Origin: a phage
Length of the DNA stretch: 64,000 bases
Reading direction: 5' to 3' (one strand)
Sequence record: QB031383.1
Shown: one piece after another, positions 8,287 through 17,852 of the stretch
How the letters are laid out: each line of letters begins with the position of its first letter
Position numbering within the stretch: position 1 is the first letter of the stretch
Made by a program: the position numbers and the translations under genes
The notes under the pieces: generated by a model
Database searches by the model: none
Told to the model about the DNA's origin: nothing
Seen by the model: only the letters and a program-made list of their open reading frames with translations

Positions 8287-9231
8287 ATGGGACAAATAAT
8301 TCTTGACAATCGTAACGGAATCAATTATAGTGTCTGCGATTTCCATAGGGTAGTGCTGCCTTACTCAAGGCAGTTCTCTTCACAACCTAAACACAACGTT
8401 TTCGTTTTTAACGGAGTGCCAACAAAAGGTAAAGAGGGCTTTTTAGCCCTTAAAAACCTAGGCTTTAAAATGGTTATGGATTTGGATGACTCTTTAGTTA
8501 TTCCAAAAGGACACATGTTAGAAGGTATTTTTGAATCAGGTATTCGTGAACATTTAAAATGGTTTTTAGAGCACAGTGATCTTGTTACAACTACGACACC
8601 TGCCTTGCAAGTTGAACTTTCACAATACAATGATAATGTGCACATAATCCCTAATGGACTTCCTTACGATGAAGGTCAATTTGTGTTGACCCGTGATCGC
8701 TACTCCAAAACTCCATTAGTCTGGGCTGGAAGTGAAACACATAAACAAGATTTGGCTATCTTGCCCGATTTTGGTAAAGATCTTACAATATGTGGTTTTC
8801 GTAGGGATTCTGAAGTTTTAAGTAGTCGTGAATGGTCTGTAATCAGGGAAAATGTAGCACCAACTTGTGTTTATGAAGGTGTAAGACCATATGCCAACTA
8901 CATGGAATCTTACGATGGTCATCAAATCAGTCTTGCGCCATTGATTGATAACGTGTTTAATAATGCAAAAAGCAATCTTAAAATTCTTGAGGCAGGTGCT
9001 AAGGGTTTACCTTTGATCTGTTCTCCTCGTGAGAATTATCATACACAAGAGTTTAAAGATCTGTTATTCTTTGCTGAAACACCTTCCGAGTGGAAAGATA
9101 TTACGGAATACTTATTAAGTGCTCCCGATGTTTGCATGGAGAAAGGATTAGCATTAGCTAAGTATGTCAGGACTCATTATCACATTGATGTGTTGAATGA
9201 GCGTCGTAGACTTTTATTTGAGGAGCTATAA
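8287..9231 (+). CDS. glycosyltransferase-like protein, tandem paralog 2
   Basis: 314 aa; same length and conserved blocks as 7332-8279. Confidence 0.45.
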   Translation: MGQIILDNRNGINYSVCDFHRVVLPYSRQFSSQPKHNVFVFNGVPTKGKEGFLALKNLGFKMVMDLDDSLVIPKGHMLEGIFESGIREHLKWFLEHSDLVTTTTPALQVELSQYNDNVHIIPNGLPYDEGQFVLTRDRYSKTPLVWAGSETHKQDLAILPDFGKDLTICGFRRDSEVLSSREWSVIRENVAPTCVYEGVRPYANYMESYDGHQISLAPLIDNVFNNAKSNLKILEAGAKGLPLICSPRENYHTQEFKDLLFFAETPSEWKDITEYLLSAPDVCMEKGLALAKYVRTHYHIDVLNERRRLLFEEL

Positions 9232-9509
9232 TGATTAACACTTTTGATTTTGAATACACCACTCGTAACGGGAAAGCTTTAGTCGTGGAGGTGGATTACT
9301 ATTATGAAGAGCCTAACCCGCTTTCTCGTGAAAGTGATTGGGATTACCACGGAGGGCTTTTAATTGACGGTATTCGTTTTTACGAAGGCTCTACAGAAGT
9401 TTTTGAAAAAGATTTAAATGTAACTGTAGCAGAAATTGCTTTCCAATTTAGAAAGCACATGGAAGAACTAGAAGCAGAATATATGATGGAGACTAACGAA
9501 CCATTTTAA
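9231..9509 (+). CDS. hypothetical protein
   Basis: 92 aa ORF, ATG overlaps upstream stop (TAATGA). Confidence 0.45.
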   Translation: MINTFDFEYTTRNGKALVVEVDYYYEEPNPLSRESDWDYHGGLLIDGIRFYEGSTEVFEKDLNVTVAEIAFQFRKHMEELEAEYMMETNEPF

Positions 9510-9521
9510 CAGGAGAACAAA

Positions 9522-11300
9522 GTGTCGCACATTATAACTAAATATGGATTTGATGTTGATCTTAGCAAGGAAGGGCATACAGGTTGTCCGCGCTGCATGA
9601 AAAATGGCAAGGATCGCTCTCGTAATAACCTGATGGTTTATGGATTAGATTCTAATGGAGAGCATAAAGGTGCTAAGTGCTTTGCGTGTGAATACACTAT
9701 TCCTAGCGTAGAATGGTTACGAGAAAATGGTGAAGTTTTAGAAGAAGAGGAGGAGATTGTGGGTTCGGAATTTAATAAACAGATTCATCGTAAAATTGTT
9801 CAAGAAACATCAACCAACCCACGTGGTTATCGAGGCATTAAAGAAAAAGTTTCATCTTTCTATGGTGTTCGTTATGAATACCGTCAGGAAGGGGATCAGA
9901 TGGTAGTAGAAAGTTGTTTATATCCAACTACCATCGGTAAAGAACTGGTTGGTTTTAAGCGTCGTATTCATCCTAAAGATTTCAGTAAACCTATTGGTCA
10001 AGTAGGTAAAGATGTAGATCTTTTTGGACAAATTCGTTTTGCAGACCGTTCTCATACTGTTGTAATTACAGGTGGTGAACACGATGCTCTGGCAGCTTAT
10101 CAGATGCTGTCTGAAAACTTGGACAACAAATATGAACTTCCAGCAGTAGTTAGTGGCACAACTGGTGAAACCAGTATGTATAAACAAGTTCAGGCACAAT
10201 ATCCTTTCTTTGAAAAATTTAAGAAGATTATTGTTTGCATGGACAATGACAAAGCGGGTAATGAGGCATTTGAAAATATTGTTAAGGTGCTGCCTCGTAA
10301 CAAAGTCTACCGTATGCAGATGGATCTTAAGGATGCTAATCAGTATCTGGAAGAAGGTCGTGCAAAAGATTTCGTAAAAGCTTTTTGGAGTGCTCGTCTA
10401 TACACCCCAGCAGGTGTTTATGCTTCTAATGTCTTGTATGAAGCTGCATTAGAATGCTTGGAATCCAAGATGATTACCTTGCCTCCTTTTATGCGTGTTG
10501 CTGCAAATATGCTGGGTGGTGGTTTAGTAGAGGAAGAGATTACAGTTATCCTGGCAAAGACCAGTATCGGTAAAACTTTGATGGTGAACGAGATCACCAA
10601 ACATATTATCGTTGCACACCCAGAACATACCCTCGGTATTCTGTCATTGGAAGCAACTTATAAGAAATATTCTCGTAACCTGTTGTCCTCTTTCCTGCAC
10701 ATTCCTCTGCACAGGAAAACACCGGAAGAGAAATTTCAAATCTTGGAAGAGAATAAAGAAAAAATCCTAGATTTTTACGAAAGAGAAGATGGATCACCAC
10801 GTTTTTATGTGTGTGATGATCGTGGAGCAGATGTGGAGTCTATCAAAGAAAAAGTTTTGGAGATGATCATCTATTTTGGAGTAACAATTCTTGTTATCGA
10901 CCCTTATTCTGATTTGCTTTCTGGTATGGATGTTCAAGCCCAGGAAGAGTTAGCAACATGGTTGAAGCGCATCATGAAAGAGTATGCTATAACTATTATC
11001 GTCATCTCACACGTTAAGAAATCGGCTAATGGTGGCAATGAACACTTAACAGAGGACGATGCAATGGGTAGTAGTTTCTTGGCTAAAGGTGCTGGTATTA
11101 CCTTGGCTTTGGAACGAGATAAAGCCGCTGAAGACCCTGTAGAACGAAATACAACTCATTGCTTTATCCTAAAAAACCGTGAGTTCTCGGAAACTGGTCC
11201 GGCAGGGCAGTTTTACTATGACATTAGAACTGCAACTCTGCATGACAAAGAACAGTATTTCAACAATCCTGCTAATTTGCCTACGGATAGCAACTATTAA
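9522..11300 (+). CDS. bifunctional DNA primase/helicase (T7 gp4-like)
   Basis: GTG start after GGAGAA; N-terminal Zn-ribbon (CPRCM...CFACEY), TOPRIM-like middle, C-terminal DnaB/RecA-like ATPase with Walker A AKTSIGKT. Confidence 0.8.
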   Translation: MSHIITKYGFDVDLSKEGHTGCPRCMKNGKDRSRNNLMVYGLDSNGEHKGAKCFACEYTIPSVEWLRENGEVLEEEEEIVGSEFNKQIHRKIVQETSTNPRGYRGIKEKVSSFYGVRYEYRQEGDQMVVESCLYPTTIGKELVGFKRRIHPKDFSKPIGQVGKDVDLFGQIRFADRSHTVVITGGEHDALAAYQMLSENLDNKYELPAVVSGTTGETSMYKQVQAQYPFFEKFKKIIVCMDNDKAGNEAFENIVKVLPRNKVYRMQMDLKDANQYLEEGRAKDFVKAFWSARLYTPAGVYASNVLYEAALECLESKMITLPPFMRVAANMLGGGLVEEEITVILAKTSIGKTLMVNEITKHIIVAHPEHTLGILSLEATYKKYSRNLLSSFLHIPLHRKTPEEKFQILEENKEKILDFYEREDGSPRFYVCDDRGADVESIKEKVLEMIIYFGVTILVIDPYSDLLSGMDVQAQEELATWLKRIMKEYAITIIVISHVKKSANGGNEHLTEDDAMGSSFLAKGAGITLALERDKAAEDPVERNTTHCFILKNREFSETGPAGQFYYDIRTATLHDKEQYFNNPANLPTDSNY

Positions 11301-11320
11301 GGGCTTCGGCCCTTTTATTA
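11299..11320 (+). terminator. rho-independent terminator GGGC-TTCG-GCCC + TTTTATT
   Basis: GC stem with TTCG tetraloop followed by T-run just after the primase-helicase stop. Confidence 0.7.
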
Positions 11321-11330
11321 AAAATACCTG

Positions 11331-11359
11331 TTGACAACTTTACGGAAGGGACTTATACT
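11331..11359 (+). promoter_or_regulatory. sigma70-like promoter (TTGACA-17-TATACT)
   Basis: -35 TTGACA at 11331-11336, -10 TATACT at 11354-11359; followed by RBS and ATG at 11393. Confidence 0.65.
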
Positions 11360-11392
11360 TGTCTCATCAACCAAACAAGAGGAGAAGTAAAA

Positions 11393-11824
11393 ATGCGTAT
11401 GACAATCGATCTGAATGCAAAAATTAAAGCTGCTGGTGCTCTGGGTGCTGGTGTTATTAAACACAAACAAGCGTTGGCATTTGCCATCCCACATATGATT
11501 GTTGAGGATCATCCTGAAGAGTTTGCTGTAAAAGTTGTTGAGAATAATGTCTCTGTTATTGAACATCTTCCAACTGGACGTTCTTACCGTGTTGTTTCTT
11601 CTAAAGGTTTCCGTTTCGATGTAAGCCCTTCTTTCACAAAAGGTGCTGGTCGTAGTAAAGTGGGTATTCTTTCTTACAAATATTATATCGATAAAGTTGC
11701 AGATGGTGTTGCATTCTGTCGTGTAAGTGAAGGTAAAGTAGATATCATCTTTAAAAATACCAAAAACATGGTTATTTCTGACGATGGTAAAGTTGACCTC
11801 ACTATTGAGTTCGCTAACAACTAA
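11393..11824 (+). CDS. hypothetical protein (own promoter, strong RBS)
   Basis: 143 aa ORF, AGAGGAGAAG RBS. Confidence 0.5.
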   Translation: MRMTIDLNAKIKAAGALGAGVIKHKQALAFAIPHMIVEDHPEEFAVKVVENNVSVIEHLPTGRSYRVVSSKGFRFDVSPSFTKGAGRSKVGILSYKYYIDKVADGVAFCRVSEGKVDIIFKNTKNMVISDDGKVDLTIEFANN

Positions 11825-11833
11825 GGAGGACTA

Positions 11834-12628
11834 TTGAGCAAGTTGAACACACTTGATCAATATTACACTAACCCCGCTTATGCGGGGTTCTTATGTGATA
11901 AGATCAAAGAAATTTTTGGAGAGGAAGCTAACTACGTAGAACCATCTGCGGGAGAAGGGGCTTTCTCTTCTTGTTTTAAAAACATAACTTCTTTTGATAT
12001 TGACCCTAAGTTTGAAGATTGTATTGAAGCAGATTTTTTAGCTCAATCTGTTGAGTCTGTTGGTAGTGTAACTGCTTTTGTCGGTAATCCTCCATTTGGA
12101 AAAAATGCTAGTCTTGCCATTAAATTCTTTAACCATTGTGCTGAAATGCTGGATAACGAAGGTGGTATTTGTTTTATCTTGCCTCGCACATTTCAAAAAA
12201 TCTTTTTTGCACACAAACTAAATCCCCATATGCATCTTTTTTACGAAGAAGAATGTCCAAAAGGATCTTTTATTCTTCATGGAGAACCTTGGGATGTTCC
12301 TTGTGTATTCCAGATATGGATTAAACGCAACGAGAAGCGTTCTCCCGTTGTTTTAGGAGAGAATCGACTATTCGTATTAGGTAACAGTAAAGACTACGAT
12401 ATAGCCGTTAGGAGAGCGGGAGCAAGTGCAGGTAAAGTGTTATCAGAAGAAGATTCTTTATCTGAAGCATCTACCTATTTTTTAAAAGCCTTGACTTCTG
12501 ATCTTAAAACGCGTATCATTGAGGCTTACCCGTTACTTAAAGCTGAAGCTAGTAAAACTGCGGGAGTAAGAAGTTTAAGTTTAAAAGAACTTCAGTGGGT
12601 TCTGGAGAACATTAGAAAGGAGGAATAG
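11834..12628 (+). CDS. DNA methyltransferase (probable N6-adenine class; motif I before motif IV)
   Basis: TTG start after AGGAGGA; SAM-binding motif I EPSAGEGAF and catalytic motif IV NPPFG. Confidence 0.6.
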   Translation: MSKLNTLDQYYTNPAYAGFLCDKIKEIFGEEANYVEPSAGEGAFSSCFKNITSFDIDPKFEDCIEADFLAQSVESVGSVTAFVGNPPFGKNASLAIKFFNHCAEMLDNEGGICFILPRTFQKIFFAHKLNPHMHLFYEEECPKGSFILHGEPWDVPCVFQIWIKRNEKRSPVVLGENRLFVLGNSKDYDIAVRRAGASAGKVLSEEDSLSEASTYFLKALTSDLKTRIIEAYPLLKAEASKTAGVRSLSLKELQWVLENIRKEE

Positions 12629-15225
12629 TGAGTAAGTTTACATGGGATATTGAAGCAAACGGATTGTTGAATAATGACACTATCGATTATTTAGCTAGTC
12701 CTTATCGTCTCAAAGACACATTTCAAATGCACTGTATTGTCTTAGAGAACCATGAAACAGGAGAAATAGTAGCTTTCCACGATGGCCCTAAATACATCTT
12801 TGATGGGCGTCCTTATGAAGAGTCAGATGGTAAATACACATATGTTCTTAAAGAGTATGTGGCGCAAGATTACACACATTTTCAACTAAAAGATTTCCCA
12901 GACTTTATTAATCATGAAGGTTATTTTAAAGATAAGCCTGAATATCTGGTTGAAATGGCTGTGGCTCACAACGGTATCAACTATGACTGGTTGGCTACAA
13001 AACTGTTTTATGGCTTAGATTACAGTGTTAAATATAATACGTGGGGCAAAAATAAGGTAAAACTTATTGACTCCTTGATTTTGAGTAAAGTGTTAAACCC
13101 AGATCGAAAGATTGAAGGCAAATCAGGACATAGCTTGGCAGCACTTTCTCGAAAGGCAGGGGGTGATGTAAAAATAGATTTCCGTAAAGAGATTCCAGAA
13201 GAAGATCGATTTAAGACTTTTGCTGCTGATATGCTTTATTACTGTATCTATGACAACAAAGCCAATACGAGCGTATATAATTACCTTATGGAAGAATGGG
13301 GTGATTATGATAAATGGGAAGGTCCATTTGAACTTGAACAACGTGTAGCAGACATTATTACACGCCAGGAACACCGTGGGTTTGCTTTTAACATGAAGCA
13401 AGCAGAAGAGAACCTTGCTTTTTTGGATGCAGAAATGGAGCGTCTTCGTTTACTCGTTGAGCCTATTTTGCCACCTAAACCAGCAACAAAAGGTTATCTT
13501 AAGGCTTTTATTCCACCTAAGTTGCAAATTAAAAAGAACTTAGAGCCAACTAACCATATGATCAATTTTGCTAAGAAACATGATGGTCATTTGGAAGAGA
13601 GGGATGGCGATTGGTGGTTAGTTATGTTGGGGAAAGAGTGGAAACTGCCAGTTGCAGCAGATGAGCCTCTATGTGATCCTAACATTCCTGCAACATTGAA
13701 CGATACAACCCATATTAAAAACTGGCTTGTAGGATTAGGTTGGGTACCGTCTGAATATAAAGATAAAGACTTGACTCTTAAATCTGGCACCAAGATTAAA
13801 AAGAGCGAGGAAGAACTTCAGAAAGGTATTCGAGCTTACGTTGAGCAAACTCTATCTTCTAATTTTTGTCAGGATCGTTGTGATCATCTGGAGTGCACAC
13901 CGGAAACCTTGGAAAGGAAGATTCAAGAGCGTATAGCAAAAGGTAAAGGTCGCGGTCTTAAAGTATTGACTAACCCGTGTTTTACCAAAGGTCAGGAAAA
14001 AGAAATTTGTCCTAACCTGCAAGCTTTGGGTGAGAAGTTTCCTTATGCTACACAGATTGTAGAATACTTAACGTATAAGCATCGTAGGAACTCTATTTTA
14101 GGTGGCGGTGCTGATTGGGAAGAAGATGAAGAAGATCAAGAATACGATAAAGGTTTCTTAGCCGCAGTAAGGGCTGATGGGCGTATTCCTACCCCAGCCG
14201 CTACATGTGATGCTGCAACCTCTCGTATGAAGCATAGATCTGTAGCTAATATTCCTCGTGTCACATCTTTGTTTGGATGGGAGATGCGTAACTTGTTTGG
14301 TGTAGAGGTTCCTAAATACTTCCAGATCGGCTACGACTTCGACTCTTTGGAAGCAAAAATTGAATCACACTACTGTTGGCGGTACGAGCCGGAGCCACAC
14401 GAATATTGTAACGCTCTGTTGTTAGAGAAACCTAACGATGTTCACACAATGATGGCAAAACGTATCACTGAAACTATTGGACGTAAATTTGAACGTAGTC
14501 CTGCTAAATCTGTTAAGTATGGTATTACCTATGGTGCACAAGCCGACAAGGTTGCTAAAACAATTGGTAGCGATAAGTTTACAGGTCAATTGGTGTTTGA
14601 TGCTTTCTGGGAAGCTGCATTCCCATTGGCGCGTCTTAAAGAACGTTTAAACGATTTTTGGGTTAAGACTGGTAAACAATATGTTTTGGGTATTGACGGT
14701 CGTAAGGTTCCTACTCGTTCTGCTCACGCGATTCTTAACTCTCTGTTCCAAAGTGGTGGGGTTATCTGTGCTAAACGTGCAATGGTTATTTATGACGACA
14801 TGATCGAAGAAGAAGGACTAAGTGTTGACTTCTTTAAAGATGACTGGAAGAATAAAGATTTCGTGCAACAAATGATTGCATATCACGATGAAGCCCAGCT
14901 TGAAGTTTCTCGTAACCTTGTAGAATTTAAATGGTTTTCACCTGAATCATTAGGTTGGAAGAAAGTAGACGATCCTGAAGAACAAAAGAAAATTGATAAA
15001 GAATGCCTTGCTAAAGTCGAAGAATGGAAGCATAATAAGGAAAAAGAGACAGGGCAAATTTGGGCTAACATTCATGAATCTCCCAAAGGTGGATGGTTTA
15101 CAGCCTATAGTCGGGCAGGTGAACTTGCTGCTTTAGCTGTTACTAAGGCTGGAGAATTTTACAATCTTAACGTTCAGCTTACTGCCGGATATGATGTGGG
15201 TAATTCCTGGGCCACATGTCACTAA
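12628..15225 (+). CDS. DNA polymerase, family A, with N-terminal 3'-5' exonuclease
   Basis: GTG start; Exo I motif WDIEANG; Pol I-type motifs: motif B-like KSVKYGITYGAQ, motif C AYHDEAQLEV. Confidence 0.85.
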   Translation: MSKFTWDIEANGLLNNDTIDYLASPYRLKDTFQMHCIVLENHETGEIVAFHDGPKYIFDGRPYEESDGKYTYVLKEYVAQDYTHFQLKDFPDFINHEGYFKDKPEYLVEMAVAHNGINYDWLATKLFYGLDYSVKYNTWGKNKVKLIDSLILSKVLNPDRKIEGKSGHSLAALSRKAGGDVKIDFRKEIPEEDRFKTFAADMLYYCIYDNKANTSVYNYLMEEWGDYDKWEGPFELEQRVADIITRQEHRGFAFNMKQAEENLAFLDAEMERLRLLVEPILPPKPATKGYLKAFIPPKLQIKKNLEPTNHMINFAKKHDGHLEERDGDWWLVMLGKEWKLPVAADEPLCDPNIPATLNDTTHIKNWLVGLGWVPSEYKDKDLTLKSGTKIKKSEEELQKGIRAYVEQTLSSNFCQDRCDHLECTPETLERKIQERIAKGKGRGLKVLTNPCFTKGQEKEICPNLQALGEKFPYATQIVEYLTYKHRRNSILGGGADWEEDEEDQEYDKGFLAAVRADGRIPTPAATCDAATSRMKHRSVANIPRVTSLFGWEMRNLFGVEVPKYFQIGYDFDSLEAKIESHYCWRYEPEPHEYCNALLLEKPNDVHTMMAKRITETIGRKFERSPAKSVKYGITYGAQADKVAKTIGSDKFTGQLVFDAFWEAAFPLARLKERLNDFWVKTGKQYVLGIDGRKVPTRSAHAILNSLFQSGGVICAKRAMVIYDDMIEEEGLSVDFFKDDWKNKDFVQQMIAYHDEAQLEVSRNLVEFKWFSPESLGWKKVDDPEEQKKIDKECLAKVEEWKHNKEKETGQIWANIHESPKGGWFTAYSRAGELAALAVTKAGEFYNLNVQLTAGYDVGNSWATCH

Positions 15226-15242
15226 TTAACTCATTGTTTTAT

Positions 15243-15263
15243 AAGGGGCTTCTGCCCCTTTAT
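15243..15263 (+). terminator. stem-loop AGGGGC-TTCT-GCCCCT after the DNA polymerase gene
   Basis: 6-bp GC stem followed by TTTAT; directly downstream of the stop. Confidence 0.5.
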
Positions 15264-15273
15264 AGGAGGAGAT

Positions 15274-15465
15274 ATGCATTACGATTTAGATTGTCTTGGT
15301 ATGCCTTACCTACCAGATGAATTTGAAGGTGAAGAAGAACGTGAATGGGACGATGGGGATATCCGTTGTTGGTCTTGTGGTAAAGATATGTCTTATGAAC
15401 AACATATGCACAATGATGGTTTCTGCATACATTGTTACAATGAAATTGATCTGGAGGAAGATTAA
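15274..15465 (+). CDS. hypothetical Zn-ribbon protein
   Basis: 63 aa, AGGAGGAG RBS; CWSCG...CIHCY. Confidence 0.4.
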   Translation: MHYDLDCLGMPYLPDEFEGEEEREWDDGDIRCWSCGKDMSYEQHMHNDGFCIHCYNEIDLEED

Positions 15466-15632
15466 TGGGAAATGGTATCATGATTTGCTATAAAATTGTG
15501 CGTATTGTCGGAGACGAAGTTACCACTCGGTATTTTATGATAGAGTCTCAAGCCGATGAGGTTTACAATGACTGGCTTGAAAAAGGTGGATACGATTTTG
15601 TATCTAAAGAAACTTTCCGTTTAGAAGTATAA
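15465..15632 (+). CDS. hypothetical small protein
   Basis: 55 aa ORF not in track; ATG overlaps upstream stop (TAATGG). Confidence 0.3.
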   Translation: MGNGIMICYKIVRIVGDEVTTRYFMIESQADEVYNDWLEKGGYDFVSKETFRLEV

Positions 15633-15642
15633 GGAGAAAACA

Positions 15643-15861
15643 ATGCGTAAATTAGTGAGCTTTAATGTTTCAATTCTTGTTGATGAACAAAATGAAGATG
15701 TTATTAAAGGTCTTGCAAATAAGATTGCAGGTGGAATGACGGAAGCTGAAGTGTGGGAAGAATGTGCTCGACTTTATGAGGAAGGTGTTATTGAGGTCTT
15801 GGGGGATGAGATTAATATGGACGATGTTGTAAAAGTAACTGTGGAGCGTATCAATGACTAA
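15643..15861 (+). CDS. hypothetical protein
   Basis: 72 aa ORF; AAGGAGAAAACA RBS. Confidence 0.45.
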   Translation: MRKLVSFNVSILVDEQNEDVIKGLANKIAGGMTEAEVWEECARLYEEGVIEVLGDEINMDDVVKVTVERIND

Positions 15862-16447
15862 ATCAAAACAAATCAATATTGCCAAAGAAATTCTTACCGT
15901 ATTAAAGATCGCTGATCCTAATTCTGTCTTGGCTGGCGGTGCTGTTCGTGATTGGCGTATTCTTGATATTGCTGGACGTGATCTGGATTTCTATACGTCC
16001 CTTCCTGCACATCGGACTGAAGAACAAATACAAGGATTAATTGCATCTGCTTTAATGGGAACCAATATTCGTAAACTAGGAAACAAAGAGGCTTCTGACA
16101 ATTATGAAGGTGTTACTGGTCTTAAACACGTTTTTGAGTTTGAACGTGATGGTCAGCTTTGCAACCTTATGATTATGGAACCAAGCGTAATGACAACCTT
16201 TCTAAATGAGTTCGATCTGTCCATCTGCCAGGCTGCATTTGATGGGAAGGATTGTTATTATTCTAAAGATTTTGAAACAACCTTGGAAACAGGGATCTGC
16301 TTCTTGCACAAAGACGTTAGAGAAGATGCCAAACACGTTATTAAAATTGCTACACGTTTCCCATATCTTCGTTTTGTGAAAGAGGTTAAGGTTCCACGTC
16401 CACCTCAAGTAGATACCAGATTGGAAGAAGATGATATTCCTTGGTAA
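15854..16447 (+). CDS. small nucleotidyltransferase with CCA-adding-enzyme-like head motif and acidic C-terminal tail
   Basis: 197 aa; Pol-beta NTase signature LAGGAVRD...DLDF as in tRNA nucleotidyltransferases; C-terminus EEDDIPW resembles SSB tips. Confidence 0.5.
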   Translation: MTKSKQINIAKEILTVLKIADPNSVLAGGAVRDWRILDIAGRDLDFYTSLPAHRTEEQIQGLIASALMGTNIRKLGNKEASDNYEGVTGLKHVFEFERDGQLCNLMIMEPSVMTTFLNEFDLSICQAAFDGKDCYYSKDFETTLETGICFLHKDVREDAKHVIKIATRFPYLRFVKEVKVPRPPQVDTRLEEDDIPW

Positions 16448-16454
16448 TTAAAGC

Positions 16455-16484
16455 TTGACAATATTAAACATTTTATGATAGGAT
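16455..16484 (+). promoter_or_regulatory. promoter-like element (TTGACA, -10-like TAGGAT) upstream of the 16493 gene
   Basis: TTGACA at 16455-16460; TATGA/TAGGAT block resembles the -10 region of the tRNA-array promoter motif. Confidence 0.4.
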
Positions 16485-16492
16485 AGCATTCA

Positions 16493-16885
16493 ATGACTGA
16501 ACGTTCTAAGATAGCTGTTGAAACTGTTTATGGAAACTATACCAGTTTGACACTAGTTGAGAAAAATGTTGTAGGTCTTGACAACTCTTTTTATTTTCAA
16601 ATTTTGGTTATTCAAGGTGGAAACAAGAAGCTAACTGCTCGTGTTGAAAAATCTGAAATAATTGAAACCACTGTTACAAACAAAGAATTCATTTCACTGC
16701 AAGATACAATCCGAAACGTTATAGACGAAGAAGGCAAAGCTGCCACAATTAAACTCGGAGGTTTCCCAGTGCAAATAGTTCATTTTCCTAATGGTGAAAT
16801 TGGAGTTGGAATAGGTAAAGGTAAATACCTGTTAGAGCAAGATGATATGGAAAGACTCCGTTCTTTCTGTGCAAAATTAATGTAA
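16493..16885 (+). CDS. hypothetical protein
   Basis: 130 aa ORF; start lies very close to the predicted promoter (short or no leader). Confidence 0.45.
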   Translation: MTERSKIAVETVYGNYTSLTLVEKNVVGLDNSFYFQILVIQGGNKKLTARVEKSEIIETTVTNKEFISLQDTIRNVIDEEGKAATIKLGGFPVQIVHFPNGEIGVGIGKGKYLLEQDDMERLRSFCAKLM

Positions 16886-16901
16886 TGTAGAGGAGATAAT
16901 A

Positions 16902-17789
16902 ATGTCCGTAATTAATACTGAAACTGATCGTAAAGGCAAAACCGTAACTTATGCAACTGGTATCGTAGACTACGTTAAACTGGATAAATTCGCTGAACCT
17001 AAAACTTTTCATTGGGAAGGAAAAACGATTGTTTCAACTCACCGAGCTTCTCTTGTTCTGAAAGAGAAAGGTGCTAAACCAGATGAGAAAGGTGTTTGGA
17101 TTTCTCTTGGTGACATTGAACTGAAAGAAGGTTATGAAAACCTGCAAGTCAAAGAAGGTGATAATTGGATCACTATTGAAAAAGGTGTAGAAGTAAGTAT
17201 TGATATTGATCGCGTTGATAATAAAGGCGGTAAAACTTACTACAATACTAAAAAATCTCGTATTACAGTATTGTCTACCGATGGTGTTCAGAAGTCTAAC
17301 AAATCTTCTGGCAATAAAGGTTCCAACGATGCTGCTCCTAAGCAATCCTATAAAAAACGTGATACTGTAGGTCTGGAAACTGGTCACGCAGTAAATGGTG
17401 CACTGGAACTGATTCGTAATGGTGTTAAAGGCGATGCTTTCGATATCGCTGGGGTTGTTCAATCTGCAACTGTCACGCTGAAATCGGAAATTGCTGAATC
17501 TCGTGGCGTTGATATTAATGATTATGATCTTGGGGCATCTGTTGGTCACGCTATTCTTAATGCTTGTAAAGACCATACCATTAAGACTGTATCTGTAGAA
17601 GATCTGATTGACTCTGCTCGTAAAGTTCTAGCTCTGTCTGATAAAGTTGCTGCTGCCATTCGTGGTTCCGCAGAACAACCTAAGAAAGAAGAGAAGAAAG
17701 AAGTTAAAAAGCCTGAACCACAACCAGAACCAACTCCAAGCAATCAAGAAGAACCTCCAATGGACTTCGATGATGATATTCCATTCTGA
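16902..17789 (+). CDS. ssb: single-stranded DNA-binding protein
   Basis: 295 aa; C-terminal acidic tip MDFDDDIPF identical in style to bacterial/phage SSB tails; GGAGA RBS. Confidence 0.6.
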   Translation: MSVINTETDRKGKTVTYATGIVDYVKLDKFAEPKTFHWEGKTIVSTHRASLVLKEKGAKPDEKGVWISLGDIELKEGYENLQVKEGDNWITIEKGVEVSIDIDRVDNKGGKTYYNTKKSRITVLSTDGVQKSNKSSGNKGSNDAAPKQSYKKRDTVGLETGHAVNGALELIRNGVKGDAFDIAGVVQSATVTLKSEIAESRGVDINDYDLGASVGHAILNACKDHTIKTVSVEDLIDSARKVLALSDKVAAAIRGSAEQPKKEEKKEVKKPEPQPEPTPSNQEEPPMDFDDDIPF

Positions 17790-17825
17790 TCTTATTGATT
17801 TATAAAGAGTTTTTATAAAAGAAAA

Positions 17826-17852
17826 GGGAACCTTTGCGGGTTCCCTTTTTTA
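17826..17852. terminator. bidirectional rho-independent terminator between convergent plus and minus gene blocks
   Basis: GGGAACC-TTTGCG-GGTTCCC stem-loop flanked by A-run upstream and T-run downstream. Confidence 0.75.

Noticed and set aside
17034-17576. 180-aa minus-strand ORF
   Set aside because: Antisense to the SSB gene in a plus-strand-only region; low-complexity product.
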